Assembly: GCA_003170275.1 (NCBI GenBank)
Contig: PNAM01000096.1
Coordinates: 34,944-98,943 of the forward strand
DNA from: Myxococcales bacterium
GTDB taxonomy: Bacteria; Myxococcota_A; Polyangia; Palsa-1104
Direction: 5' to 3'
Length of the DNA stretch: 64,000 nucleotides
The notes under the pieces are model-generated. The model made no database searches. It was not told the DNA's origin and saw nothing but the letters and a program-made list of their open reading frames with translations. Positions within the stretch are counted from its first letter, which is position 1. The number at the start of each line of letters is the position of its first letter. Positions 17,563 to 29,814 of this stretch are shown in pieces. The translations under genes and the position numbers were made by a program.

Positions 17563-18644
17563 GAGGCACCTCCCTTGGTGATCACGATCGATTTGTCGGC
17601 CGGGATGACCACGAACCGCACTCCCGGCGCAGCAGCCCTCACCGTCGCCCAACGCACGCCATCGCCGGTCTCCAGCTTGACCAGCTCGAGCCCCGCGTCG
17701 GCGCCGCCGAGCACGATCACCTGCGAGCGGGCGAAGTCGATCGCCGGCGGGGGCGGCCGGTTGGCGTCGGGACCCAGGCTGGTGTGCGCGGCCCACAGAT
17801 CGGTCCACGCGCCCTGGTCGCTGATGGTGCGCAGCTGCGCGCCCAAGAGGCCGGTCGACGACGCCTGGGCCGGCGTGGGCAGCGTGCTGAACGCGATCGG
17901 CGGCAGCGCCGACGGTTTGTAGGCGATGCCCAGCGCGGTCGAGTAGGCGCGCGCGCTGTTCGAGACCGCGGCGCCCAGGCTGACCGTCGAGGTCGCCCCG
18001 GCGGCGCTGACCCGCCCGCGCGCGCCGGCGCCGGATCGTGCAACCACGTCGGTGAGGCGGAACGGCCGCCCCTCGGTGCGGCGCGCCATCTCCTCGAAGA
18101 ACTTCTGCCCGTCGCCCTCCATCGATCCGCAGGCGATGGTGTGCATGACGATGCCGCGCTTGAGCGCCTCGTCCGCCAGCCACTTCTCGGTGGGGCTATC
18201 ATTATAATGATGCGGCGGCGCATCGCCGACCAGGTACAGGAGCTTGATCGACTGGCCGTCGTCTGGGCTCCAGCCGAGCTCGACGATGCCGGCCTTGAGG
18301 CCCTCGAGCACCGACTCGGGCGTGTCGCCGCCGCCGTCGGCGCGGGTCTCGGTGAGCCAGCGGCGCATGGTGCCGAGGTCGCGGGTGAAGTCGTGCGCGC
18401 GCGTGACGTACGCGTCGCCCTTGTCGCGGTAGGTGACCAGGCCGAAGCGCACGTCGGGCGGCGGATCGCCGCTCGCCAGATCGCTCGCGATCGCCGCGAT
18501 CTTGTCACGCGCCGCGTCGATCCACGGGCCCATCGATCCGGTCGCGTCGAGCACGAACGCGACCTCCACGCGTGGCCCCTGCCCCGCGTCCGCACGCCCC
18601 GGCACCAACAGAATCGACAGCAGCAGCCACGGTAGCTTCCTCAT
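17559..18644 (-). CDS. Exported VWA domain protein with PrcB C-terminal-like domain
   Basis: ATG 18644 with GGAGG SD; signal peptide; FVLDATGSM, GGGDTPE, VGDAPPH; C-terminal AWTDLWAAH...PPPAIDFARSQVIVL resembles PrcB_C. Confidence 0.87.
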   Translation of the reverse strand: MRKLPWLLLSILLVPGRADAGQGPRVEVAFVLDATGSMGPWIDAARDKIAAIASDLASGDPPPDVRFGLVTYRDKGDAYVTRAHDFTRDLGTMRRWLTETRADGGGDTPESVLEGLKAGIVELGWSPDDGQSIKLLYLVGDAPPHHYNDSPTEKWLADEALKRGIVMHTIACGSMEGDGQKFFEEMARRTEGRPFRLTDVVARSGAGARGRVSAAGATSTVSLGAAVSNSARAYSTALGIAYKPSALPPIAFSTLPTPAQASSTGLLGAQLRTISDQGAWTDLWAAHTSLGPDANRPPPPAIDFARSQVIVLGGADAGLELVKLETGDGVRWATVRAAAPGVRFVVIPADKSIVITKGGAS

Positions 18645-18667
18645 CGCGCGCCTCCGGGGTGACGCAG

Positions 18668-18683
18668 AGCACACGCCGCGCCA
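18668..18683 (-). promoter_or_regulatory. Putative sigma54 (-24/-12) promoter of the VWA operon
   Basis: Minus strand TGGCGCG-GCGT-GTGCT = GG-N10-GC, about 24 nt upstream of ATG 18644. Confidence 0.55.
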
Positions 18684-18742
18684 GGGGCAACCTGTTAAAA
18701 TGACTGGACTGAATGCAGCAGAGTGGATAAAGGCACACGTAG

Positions 18743-19348
18743 ATGGCGCGCATTGGGACACGGCTGTTGGGGATCTGGATGGTGGTGCTGTTGGCCGCGG
18801 GCTGCAGCTTGCTCAATCAGCCGACGCCCGACGGCGGCGGTGGGGGCGGCGGCGGCACGTTTGGCTACGGCACGCCCACGCTCGCGCTCACCATCAACGG
18901 CGTGCACTTCGGGCCCGACGTGCCGCTCGCCGGATCGGGCGTCGATCTCACCACCACCCGCGACAGCCTCACCGATCACATCAGCGACACCAAGCTGATC
19001 ATCGGCGCGCAGACCGCGGCGGGCGCTGCGTGTCAGCTGGCGTTCGATCGCTTCGGCGACGACGTGTCGCCGTTCCACGCCAACGCGGGCTACATGATCA
19101 CCGGCATGGGCGTCACCGCCACGCCCGACGGCGCGGTCACTCCGCTCGGCGCCCAGACCGTCAGCGTGCCGCAGGGCGCGTGGTCCTGCGGCGGCTCGGA
19201 CTGCGAGGGATCGGTGCTGCTGCTCACGGTGATCGCGGCCGACCATTTCGAGGGCACGGTCTCGGGCAACTTCCCCAACACCGGCGGCGCGGGCGACGCG
19301 TCGGTGGTCTGCTCGTTCTACCTGCCGACGCGATCGTATCAACCTTAG
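18743..19348 (+). CDS. Hypothetical lipoprotein
   Basis: LLGIWMVVLLAAG-C lipobox, poly-Gly linker, beta-rich domain with Cys pairs. Confidence 0.8.
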   Translation: MARIGTRLLGIWMVVLLAAGCSLLNQPTPDGGGGGGGGTFGYGTPTLALTINGVHFGPDVPLAGSGVDLTTTRDSLTDHISDTKLIIGAQTAAGAACQLAFDRFGDDVSPFHANAGYMITGMGVTATPDGAVTPLGAQTVSVPQGAWSCGGSDCEGSVLLLTVIAADHFEGTVSGNFPNTGGAGDASVVCSFYLPTRSYQP

Positions 19349-19899
19349 TGGGCACGGTGCGGCTCCCGTTGGTCCTGGCGGCTGCGACCGGGATGCAGTG
19401 CGGCCCCACGCCGCAGCAGATCGGCGAGCAGGTGCTGCTGGTCGCGCCGCTGGTGTTCGTGCTCAGCCTAGGCGTGCAGTGGATCTTGTTGCGCATGTGG
19501 CAGCGGCGCCGTCCGGACGTGGCGATCTCGTGGCGGCGCAACCTGCTGGTCGCTGGCGCGCTGCTGGTGCCGGCCGGCCTGGCGCTCGCGTTCGGCGATC
19601 GGCGCGAGGATTGGCTGCTGGCGGTGTGGGGGTTCGGCAGCTCCTACGGTGCGGTCTTGCTGATCGCCACGCGGGTGTTCTTGTCGATCGATCGGCCGCG
19701 CGCTTTTCAGCGCTCGCACCTGGTGCCGATGGTGATCTTCCTGGTTCCCGCGGCGGCGCTGGCGCTGGGCGCGGGAGCTCCGCTGAGCACGCACGCCGAG
19801 GAGCTGTTCTTGTGGCCCGGGTTCCTCGGTTGGATCACCGGGGGCTTGTGGCTGGGGTTGATGGTGGAGGCGTGGCTGGCCGGGCGTAGGCGCGATTGA
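19348..19899 (+). CDS. Hypothetical multi-pass membrane protein
   Basis: GTG overlapping the upstream TAG (ATG 19393 is an alternative); about 5 hydrophobic segments. Confidence 0.65.
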   Translation: MGTVRLPLVLAAATGMQCGPTPQQIGEQVLLVAPLVFVLSLGVQWILLRMWQRRRPDVAISWRRNLLVAGALLVPAGLALAFGDRREDWLLAVWGFGSSYGAVLLIATRVFLSIDRPRAFQRSHLVPMVIFLVPAAALALGAGAPLSTHAEELFLWPGFLGWITGGLWLGLMVEAWLAGRRRD

Positions 19900-21598
19900 G
19901 CAGCGCGTAGGGGTGGGTGGGGACGATGGCCAGCACGCGATCGTATTGCAGGGCGGCGGCTTCCGGATGGCCGGCGAGCTGGAGCCGGGCGCCGAACAGG
20001 TAGCGGGTGTCGGCTTCGTCGGCGGGGGTGAGGCACTGGTGATCGAGCGCGTCGAGGCGGGCGTCGAGCGCGCGGTCGGGTTGGGCGAGATCGTAGAGCG
20101 CGGCGGCGAGCCGGCGGTCCCACTCGCAGCGCGCGACCGGTGAGCGCGCCGGTGGGCTTGCGATCGGCTCGACGCTCGAGCCGCCGGCGAAGCGAAAGCG
20201 GACGCGCAGCGGAATCTCGGTGCGCGCGATGACCGCCTGGTAGTGCGGGATGCGGCGCGCGAACACCAGCGCGTCGGCGTGGCGGTAGACCAGCGCCCAT
20301 TCGTCGGGATCGAACGAGCCGGCGCGCATGTTGATGTCGGGATTGTTGAGCAGCGCAGCGTCGACGCCGTACTGTTGCAAGAGCGCGTCGAACGCGGCGG
20401 GCGCGAGCGAGGTCTCGTCGAGCGCGCGATGGAACGCGTCGGGGTAGGCGGGCAGCCGCGCGTCCTGGAACACCTGGTAGCGCGGCCAGCCTTCCCACAA
20501 GAGGTAACAGCCGACGTCGAGGTCGTGGTACAGGCGGTCGCGCAGGCCCTCGTCGGTGACGAACTTGATCGCGCGGAACGGCGCGACGTCGCGCGCCAGA
20601 TCGATCTCGAACGCGGTGCCCGCGCGCTCGAGCCCGACCACCGCGAGCAGGCTGGCGGCGACCAGCACCACGCCCGCGCGCCGCACGCGTAGCGACGACA
20701 GCGGGGTGGCGAACGCGTGCAGGGTGAGCGCGATCAGCGGCGTGGAGAGGAACGCCCATTCGGCGACGAAGCGCACCGAGCGCCAGGCGAGCAGCGCCAC
20801 CGCGGCCGACGGCAGCACGTAGCGCAGCCGGGCTCGCCCGAGCTTGAACGCACCGAGCGTGCACACCACCATCAGCACGAAGAACCACGGATCGTCGTAC
20901 GGATCGGCGACGCGGAACTCCTCGATGTTGCGCGTCGCGCCTAGGCCGGTGTGCCACAGCAGATAGCGCGGCAGGCGCAGTCCCGCCGGCGTCGCGAACA
21001 CCACGCTCGCGACCAGGCCGAGGAGCAGCAAGGTCTTGGCGCGCGAGAGCGGCAGCTGGCGGGAGGCAGCGGCGCCGGCGAGGTGGAGCGCCAACGTGAC
21101 CACGCACAGAAACACGCCCGCGTGGAAGTTGGCCCACACCCAGGCCAGCGGGATCGCCAGCCACAACAGCCTCGGCCGGCCGCGCTCGGCCTCGACCAGC
21201 AGCAACGCCAGCGCGCCCAGCCCGACAAAGGTGATCAGGTGCGGGCGCTCGACCATTCGCTGATCGGCGGCGCACACCGCCAGCGCGGTGGCCAGCGCGC
21301 TCGCTCCCGGCCCGGCCCCGGCACGCCGGCTCGCGCGATGGACCAGCGCGGCGGCGGCGACGATCAGCGCGCTCTTGGCCAGCACGATCGCCGCGAAGCC
21401 ACCGACTTCGTGCAGCCAGGACACCAACACCTGGAACGCCCACGCCAGATCCGGATCGGGTTGGTCCGGCCAGGTGTACGAGAACAAGTTGCGGAACGGG
21501 ATCGCGTGGCGGGCGCGGATCAGATCGCCGAGCTTCAGATGAAAGAACAGATCGGTCTCGGCCATCGGCACCAGCGCGCGATGAGCGACGAACAGCAT
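19835..21598 (-). CDS. Polytopic membrane protein, GT-C-like glycosyltransferase with C-terminal TPR
   Basis: ETDLFFHLKLGDLI...NLFSYT, ERPHL, WANFHAG and EEF motifs typical of uncharacterised GT-C-like proteins; many TM helices; TPR-like tail. Start uncertain (21598-21676). Confidence 0.7.
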   Translation of the reverse strand: MLFVAHRALVPMAETDLFFHLKLGDLIRARHAIPFRNLFSYTWPDQPDPDLAWAFQVLVSWLHEVGGFAAIVLAKSALIVAAAALVHRASRRAGAGPGASALATALAVCAADQRMVERPHLITFVGLGALALLLVEAERGRPRLLWLAIPLAWVWANFHAGVFLCVVTLALHLAGAAASRQLPLSRAKTLLLLGLVASVVFATPAGLRLPRYLLWHTGLGATRNIEEFRVADPYDDPWFFVLMVVCTLGAFKLGRARLRYVLPSAAVALLAWRSVRFVAEWAFLSTPLIALTLHAFATPLSSLRVRRAGVVLVAASLLAVVGLERAGTAFEIDLARDVAPFRAIKFVTDEGLRDRLYHDLDVGCYLLWEGWPRYQVFQDARLPAYPDAFHRALDETSLAPAAFDALLQQYGVDAALLNNPDINMRAGSFDPDEWALVYRHADALVFARRIPHYQAVIARTEIPLRVRFRFAGGSSVEPIASPPARSPVARCEWDRRLAAALYDLAQPDRALDARLDALDHQCLTPADEADTRYLFGARLQLAGHPEAAALQYDRVLAIVPTHPYALLNRAYARPATPPPSTPATSPR

Positions 21599-21674
21599 CA
21601 GGCAGGCGAACGAAACCGCCGACAACGCGCGGTCGGCTTGACAGCGCCGGTCGTTTGGTTGTGCGCTGTCCACC

Positions 21675-22586
21675 ATGCCCACCATGACATACCAGGTCAC
21701 CGGTCGTATCGCCCGCATCACCCTCGATCGCCCCGAGCGGGGCAACGGGATCACGCTGGAGATGCCGCGCGAATTGGCGGCGTGCGTCGAGCGCGCCAAC
21801 CTCGATCCGTCGGTGCACGTGATCGCGCTCGCCGGCAACGGCAAGGGGTTCTGCGGCGGCTACGATCTGGTGGCGTCGGCCGAGCAGCGCATGTCCGGCA
21901 CCGGCGATCCGGCGCACGCGCCGCCGCCCGGCTCGCCGCTCGATCCGCTGGTGCAGTTGCGCAACCACGATCCGGACGGCACCTGGGATCCGATGGTCGA
22001 CTACCAGATGATGAGTCGCAACGTGCGCGGCTTCATGAGCCTGTTCCACAGCGACAAGCCGGTGGTGTGCAAGGTGCATGGCTTCTGCGTCGCCGGCGGC
22101 ACCGATATGGCGCTGTGCTCCGATCTGCTGGTGATCGAGGACGTGGCCAAGATCGGCTATCCGCCGGCGCGCGTGTGGGGCGTGCCGACCACCGCGGTGT
22201 GGGCGTTCCGCATCGGCATCGAGAAGGCCAAGCGCCTCTTATTCACCGGTGATTGTCTCTCCGGCACGGAGGCGGTCGCGTGGGGGCTGGCCACAGAGGC
22301 GGCGCCGCGTGCGCTGCTCGATGAGCGCTTCGAGATTCTGCTCGAGCGCATCGCGCGCATGCCGGTCAATCAGCTGATCATGATGAAGCTGCTGATCAAC
22401 CAGACGGTCGCGTCGGCGGGCCTGCAGGCGACGCAGATCCTCGGCACCATGTTCGACGGCGTGAGCCGCCACACCGCCGAGGGCCATGCGTTTCAGGCGC
22501 GCGCGGCGCAGGCCGGCTTCAAGCAGGCGGTGCGCGAGCGGGACGAGCCGTTCGGCGATTTTGGGCCTTCGACCTTCAAGGGATAG
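21675..22586 (+). CDS. Enoyl-CoA hydratase/isomerase (crotonase) family protein
   Basis: ARITLDRPERGNGI, GFCGGYDL, KPVVCKVHGFCVAGGTDMALCSDL. Confidence 0.93.
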   Translation: MPTMTYQVTGRIARITLDRPERGNGITLEMPRELAACVERANLDPSVHVIALAGNGKGFCGGYDLVASAEQRMSGTGDPAHAPPPGSPLDPLVQLRNHDPDGTWDPMVDYQMMSRNVRGFMSLFHSDKPVVCKVHGFCVAGGTDMALCSDLLVIEDVAKIGYPPARVWGVPTTAVWAFRIGIEKAKRLLFTGDCLSGTEAVAWGLATEAAPRALLDERFEILLERIARMPVNQLIMMKLLINQTVASAGLQATQILGTMFDGVSRHTAEGHAFQARAAQAGFKQAVRERDEPFGDFGPSTFKG

Positions 22587-22600
22587 GTGACTGGCTGGCG

Positions 22601-22643
22601 TTACTGTCGTTTGTACATTAAGTTAGTGTACAGGAGACAATAA
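22601..22643 (+). promoter_or_regulatory. Two tandem 21-bp NrtR-type operators
   Basis: TTACTGTCGTTTGTACATTAA (22601-22621) and TTAGTGTACAGGAGACAATAA (22623-22643). Both are TTAnT-GT-N7-AC-AnTAA; the second overlaps the AGGAG SD. Confidence 0.82.
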
Positions 22644-22645
22644 CC

Positions 22646-23593
22646 ATGTTCAACATCCGGTTCATGAAGGCGCCGCCGACTACCTACGTGCTGCACTACA
22701 AGCAGGGGCGGGTGAAGCGCGAGGGCCCGGGGCTGGCGTTCCTCTACTACGCGCCGACCTCGACCATCGTCGCGGTGCCGATGGCCTCCACCGACGCGCC
22801 GTTCGTGTTCAACGAGTCCACCGCCGACTTCCAGGCGATCACCATGCAGGGGCAGCTCACCTATCGCGTGGCCGATGCGCGGCGGCTGGCGGCGCTGCTC
22901 GACTACAGCCTCTCCGCCAACGGCAAGCACGCGTCGGAGGATCCGCACAAGCTGACCGAGCGGCTGGTGCACGTGATGCAAACGCTCACGCGCGCGATCA
23001 CCGGCCGGCTGACGCTGCGCGAGGCGCTGGTGAGCTCCGAGGCGATCGGCCGCGAGGTGCTGGCCGCGCTCGAGCAGTCGGAGCCGGTGGCGACTCTCGG
23101 CGTGGAGATCCTCGGCCTGGCGATCTTGTCGCTGCGGCCGACGCCGGAGATGGCCAAGGCGCTCGAGGCGGAGGCGCGTGAGGCGCTCTCGCGGCGCTCC
23201 GACGAGGCGATCTACGCGCGGCGCAACGCGGCGGTCGAGCAGGAGCGGCGCATCAAGGAGAGCGAGCTCAACACCGAGATCGCGGTCGAGGAGAAGAAGC
23301 GCGCGATCCGCGAGACGCAGATGGCCGGCGAGATCGCCGTCGAGCAGCAGCGCGCGCAGCTGATCGATCAGCGGGTGGAGAACGAGCGCAAGGACGCCGA
23401 CGCCAAGGCCTACACTCTCGACGCGTCGATCCGCCCGCTCAAGGATCTGGACTGGCGCAAGCTGATGATGCTCAACGGCGGCGGCGATCCGCGCACCAGC
23501 ATCGCGCTCGCGTTTCAGGAGCTGGCCACCAACGCGCAAAAGATCGGCGAGCTGAACATCTCGCCCGACCTCTTGCGATCGCTCGTGAAGTGA
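22646..23593 (+). CDS. nrtX: SPFH/Band-7 domain protein (NrtX-like)
   Basis: GLAFLYYAPTSTIVAVP, TADFQAITMQGQLTYRV, coiled coil ARRNAAVEQERRIKESELNTE; adjacent to an NAD-kinase-like gene. Confidence 0.85.
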   Translation: MFNIRFMKAPPTTYVLHYKQGRVKREGPGLAFLYYAPTSTIVAVPMASTDAPFVFNESTADFQAITMQGQLTYRVADARRLAALLDYSLSANGKHASEDPHKLTERLVHVMQTLTRAITGRLTLREALVSSEAIGREVLAALEQSEPVATLGVEILGLAILSLRPTPEMAKALEAEAREALSRRSDEAIYARRNAAVEQERRIKESELNTEIAVEEKKRAIRETQMAGEIAVEQQRAQLIDQRVENERKDADAKAYTLDASIRPLKDLDWRKLMMLNGGGDPRTSIALAFQELATNAQKIGELNISPDLLRSLVK

Positions 23594-23594
23594 C

Positions 23595-24524
23595 GTGCGC
23601 GCGTTCGACAAGATCGTGGTGGTCACGCGCAAGACGCGGCTCGAGGAGCTGATCGAGCGCTTCAACACGCGCGGCCAGGCCAAGTTCTACCTCACCCACG
23701 CCGGCGGAGACTTCGCCGAGTACGAACAGGAGGACGACACCTACCGGCGCGCGCTCGATCAGGTGGTCTCGTCGCTGGAGCTGGGGCCCAAGGTGCAGCT
23801 CGTCGATCGCGGGTTCGTGCCCACGTTTCTCTTCGCGCCCGAAGATCTGGTGGTCACGCTCGGCCAGGACGGCCTGGTCGCCAACACCGCCAAGTACGTG
23901 GGTGCCCAGCCGATCGTCGCGGTCAACCCCGATCCGGCGCGCTTCGACGGCGTGCTGTTGCCGTTCGGCGCCGCGCAGGCGCGCGTGGCGGTGCAGCGCG
24001 TGCTGGCGGCGAGCGCGCAGGTGCGCGAGGTGACGCTCGCCGAGGCGACGCTCTCCGACGGGCAGCGCCTCTTGGCGTTCAACGAGCTGTTCCTCGGCGC
24101 GCACTCGCACGTGTCGTCGCGCTATCGCATCGAGGTGGCGGGGTGCGCCGAGCCGCAGTCGTCGAGCGGCGTGATCGTCTCGACCGGCGCGGGCTCGACC
24201 GGCTGGGTGTCGTCGGTGTTCAACATGGCGCGCGGCGTGACCGCGATGATGGGCGGCGAGACTCCGCCGAAGGAGCCGCGCCTGCCGTGGGAGGACGAGC
24301 GCCTCTGGTACGTGGTGCGCGAGCCGTTCGTCAGCCGCCACTCGCAGGCTTCGATCGTCGCGGGCCTGCTCGAAGCCGGCCACGAGCTGACGCTCGAATC
24401 GTCGATGCCTTCGGGTGGGGTGATCTTCTCCGACGGCGTGGAGGTGGACTTCCTGCAGTTCAACTCCGGCGCCACCGCGCACGTGCGCGCCGCCCGGCAC
24501 AAGGCGCGGCTTGTCGTAGGGTAA
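23595..24524 (+). CDS. nrtY: NAD-kinase-like protein (NrtY-like)
   Basis: VTLGQDGLVAN (GGDG variant), FNE, SSGVIVSTGAGSTGW, FSDG. Confidence 0.85.
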   Translation: MRAFDKIVVVTRKTRLEELIERFNTRGQAKFYLTHAGGDFAEYEQEDDTYRRALDQVVSSLELGPKVQLVDRGFVPTFLFAPEDLVVTLGQDGLVANTAKYVGAQPIVAVNPDPARFDGVLLPFGAAQARVAVQRVLAASAQVREVTLAEATLSDGQRLLAFNELFLGAHSHVSSRYRIEVAGCAEPQSSSGVIVSTGAGSTGWVSSVFNMARGVTAMMGGETPPKEPRLPWEDERLWYVVREPFVSRHSQASIVAGLLEAGHELTLESSMPSGGVIFSDGVEVDFLQFNSGATAHVRAARHKARLVVG

Positions 24525-24560
24525 CGAGCCGCATCGTTGTAATATCCGCGCGGGGGTGCC

Positions 24561-26054
24561 ATGCGCACGACACAGATGATCGCGTTCGCGCTGCTGCTGT
24601 CGGGCGGATCGGCGCACGCGTTCTGCGGGTTCTTCGTCGCCGGCTCGGACGCCAAGCTGACCAACAACGCCTCGCAGGTGGTGCTGGTGCGCGACGGCGA
24701 TCACACCACCATGACCATGGCCAACACCTACAAGGGCCCGCCCGAGAACTTCGCGATGGTGGTGCCGGTGCCGTCGGTGCTTCACAAAAAGGACGTGCAC
24801 GTGTTGCCGCACGACGTGTTCGATCACATCGATGCGCTCTCGGCGCCGCGGCTGGTCGAGTACTGGGAGCAGGATCCGTGCGTGCCGTCCGGCGGAGGGA
24901 TTGGCGCGCTGGGTGCGCTCAGGGGCGGCTGCGCCAACTGCGGCGCGGGCGGCGGGGGTGCTGCACCGCAGCGACACGGCGTGACCATCGAGGCCAAGTT
25001 CGCCGTAGGTGAGTACGAGGTGCTGATCCTCTCGGCGAAAGAGTCGAGCGGGCTCGAGGACTGGCTCAAGGAGAACCACTACAAGATCCCCGACGGCGCA
25101 GCCGAGGCGCTCGCGCCGTACGTGCGCGACATGTCCAAGTTCTTCGTCGCCAAGGTGGACATCCAGAAGGTCAAGCGCGACGCGCAGGGGCTCGTGCAGC
25201 TCTCGCCATTGCGCTTCTCCTACCAGGCTGCGCAGCTCAAGCTGCCGGTGCGGCTCGGGCTGCTCAACGCCGACGGGCAGCAGGATCTGATCGTCTACAT
25301 CCTGCACGCGAGCGCGCGCTTCAAGGCGGCCAACTATCCGAACGTGTTCATCCCGACTAACCTCGAGGTCTCCGACGACGTGCGCGCGTCGTTCCCCGAG
25401 TTCTACGCCGAGCTGTTCGACGTGACCCTGTCCAAGCATCAGGGCAAGGCGGTGGTGACCGAGTACGCGTGGGAGACCAGCTCGTGCGATCCGTGCCCGA
25501 CGCCGCCGTTGAGCGCGCAGGACATGGCCGCGTTCGGTGTGCACGTGAACGCCTACACCATGGGCGGCAACCTCGGGGGCATGGGAGGCGGCGGGATCGG
25601 CCTCGGCAACGTGCGCGGCGCGGGTATCGGCATCGGCGGCAGCTCGGCGAGCTACGATCCGTACGTGCTGACGCGCATGCACACGCGCTACGACAAGAGC
25701 GCGCTGTCGGAGGACATCGTGTTCAAGGAGGCGGGCACGGCCGAGGGCGGGCGCTCGGCCGGCTGGGGCGACACCGGCGTCGGCGCCAAGCAGGTGACCA
25801 CCAACAGCGGCGCGAACGCCTTTCAAGCGCGCTACGTGATCAAGCACTATTGGGACAAGCCGCTGAAGTGCAAGCACCCCACGTACGGAACCTTCGCCGG
25901 GCCGCCCGACGGCAAGGAACCGAAGCCGCACGCTGCGCGCGGGCTCGCGCACGCCAAGCGCGGGGTGGTTGCGCTGCCGACGGTGGTGCGCTCGCCGTTT
26001 CCCGAGCTCGGCCTGCTCGGCTGGCCCAATCCACACAAGAAGGCGCCGCAATGA
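24561..26054 (+). CDS. DUF2330 family exported protein
   Basis: AHAFCGFFV, YKGPPENFAMVVPVP, SAPRLVEYWEQDPC, LPVRLG, VTEYAW...CDPC, LTRMH, FQARY. Confidence 0.88.
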   Translation: MRTTQMIAFALLLSGGSAHAFCGFFVAGSDAKLTNNASQVVLVRDGDHTTMTMANTYKGPPENFAMVVPVPSVLHKKDVHVLPHDVFDHIDALSAPRLVEYWEQDPCVPSGGGIGALGALRGGCANCGAGGGGAAPQRHGVTIEAKFAVGEYEVLILSAKESSGLEDWLKENHYKIPDGAAEALAPYVRDMSKFFVAKVDIQKVKRDAQGLVQLSPLRFSYQAAQLKLPVRLGLLNADGQQDLIVYILHASARFKAANYPNVFIPTNLEVSDDVRASFPEFYAELFDVTLSKHQGKAVVTEYAWETSSCDPCPTPPLSAQDMAAFGVHVNAYTMGGNLGGMGGGGIGLGNVRGAGIGIGGSSASYDPYVLTRMHTRYDKSALSEDIVFKEAGTAEGGRSAGWGDTGVGAKQVTTNSGANAFQARYVIKHYWDKPLKCKHPTYGTFAGPPDGKEPKPHAARGLAHAKRGVVALPTVVRSPFPELGLLGWPNPHKKAPQ

Positions 26055-27011
26055 TCCGCTTTGCGATCGTCGGGCCGGGTGGGATCGCCGAGTCGATGCT
26101 CGCGCCGGCGCTCGCCGAGGTGCCGGGGGCGCAGCTGTGGAGCGTGCACAGCCGCAGCCTGGAGCGGGCGCGCACGTTCGCGTCGCGGTTCGGAGCGGCG
26201 GCGCCGCGGCCCGCGTTCGACGATCTGGCCGCGCTGTGCGCCGACCCTGCGCTCGATGCGGTGATCCTGGCCACGCCCGACGGGCTGCACGCCGAGCAGA
26301 CGGTGATGGCCGCGCGCGCCGGCAAGCACGTGCTGTGCGAGAAACCGATGGCCACCGATCTCGACGGCGCGCGCGCGATGGTCGACGCGTGCAAGAAGGC
26401 CGACGTGCGGCTGGGCGTCGCCTATCACCTGCGCTGGCACGCGGGACATCGCGCGCTGGCCGAGCGGGTGCACGCGGGCGCGCTGGGCGAGGCGCGCCAC
26501 CTGCGCGTGCAGTGGACCTATCAGGCGCGCTCCGCCGAGAACTGGCGCGCGCACGGAGACGTCGGCCGCTGGTGGAGCCTGGCCGGGGTCGGCACGCACT
26601 GCCTCGATCTGGCGCGCTGGCTGTGGAAGCCGCTGGCCGGCGAGGTGGTGGAGGTGCGCAGCCTGGTGACGCGGCCGGTGTGGCGCGGGCCGAACGACGA
26701 GACCGCGCTGGTGATGCTGCGTTTTGCGTCGGGCGCGACGGCGGAGTTGGTGACCTCGGTGCTGTTCGAGTCCGAGCCGCGCGTCGAGCTGTTTGGATCG
26801 CAGGCGAGCGCGATCTGCGAGGGCACGCTCGGCCCGCACGGCAAGGGCCGCATCACGCTCGGCGGCAAGCCGTTCGAGTTTCTGCCGGTGAATCCCTACG
26901 TCGGCGAGCTCAGCGACTTCGTCGACGCGATCCACCAGCATCGCGATCCGGAGGTCGACGGCCGCGAAGGCCTGCGCAACGTCGCCATCCTCCTCGAAGC
27001 GGCGCCGCGCG

Positions 27012-27019
<8 letters not shown>
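26051..27019 (+). CDS. Gfo/Idh/MocA family oxidoreductase
   Basis: ATGA overlap; IRFAIVGPGGIA, DAVILATPDGLH, GKHVLCEKPMA, GTHCLDL. Confidence 0.93.
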
Positions 27020-29774
<2,755 letters not shown>

Positions 29775-29814
29775 TCGATCTCGGACTCCGCATCATTATA
29801 TATATGATCGCGAC

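Noticed and set aside
21598-21684. Head-to-head overlap of the GT-C-like and crotonase start codons
   Set aside because: The GT-C-like start is uncertain; a downstream ATG (21598) removes the overlap.
29790-29810. ATCATTATATATATGAT AT-rich palindrome as an origin or attachment site
   Set aside because: Adequately explained by overlapping divergent -10 boxes (TATAAT on minus, TATGAT on plus) between the kinase and hydrolase genes.
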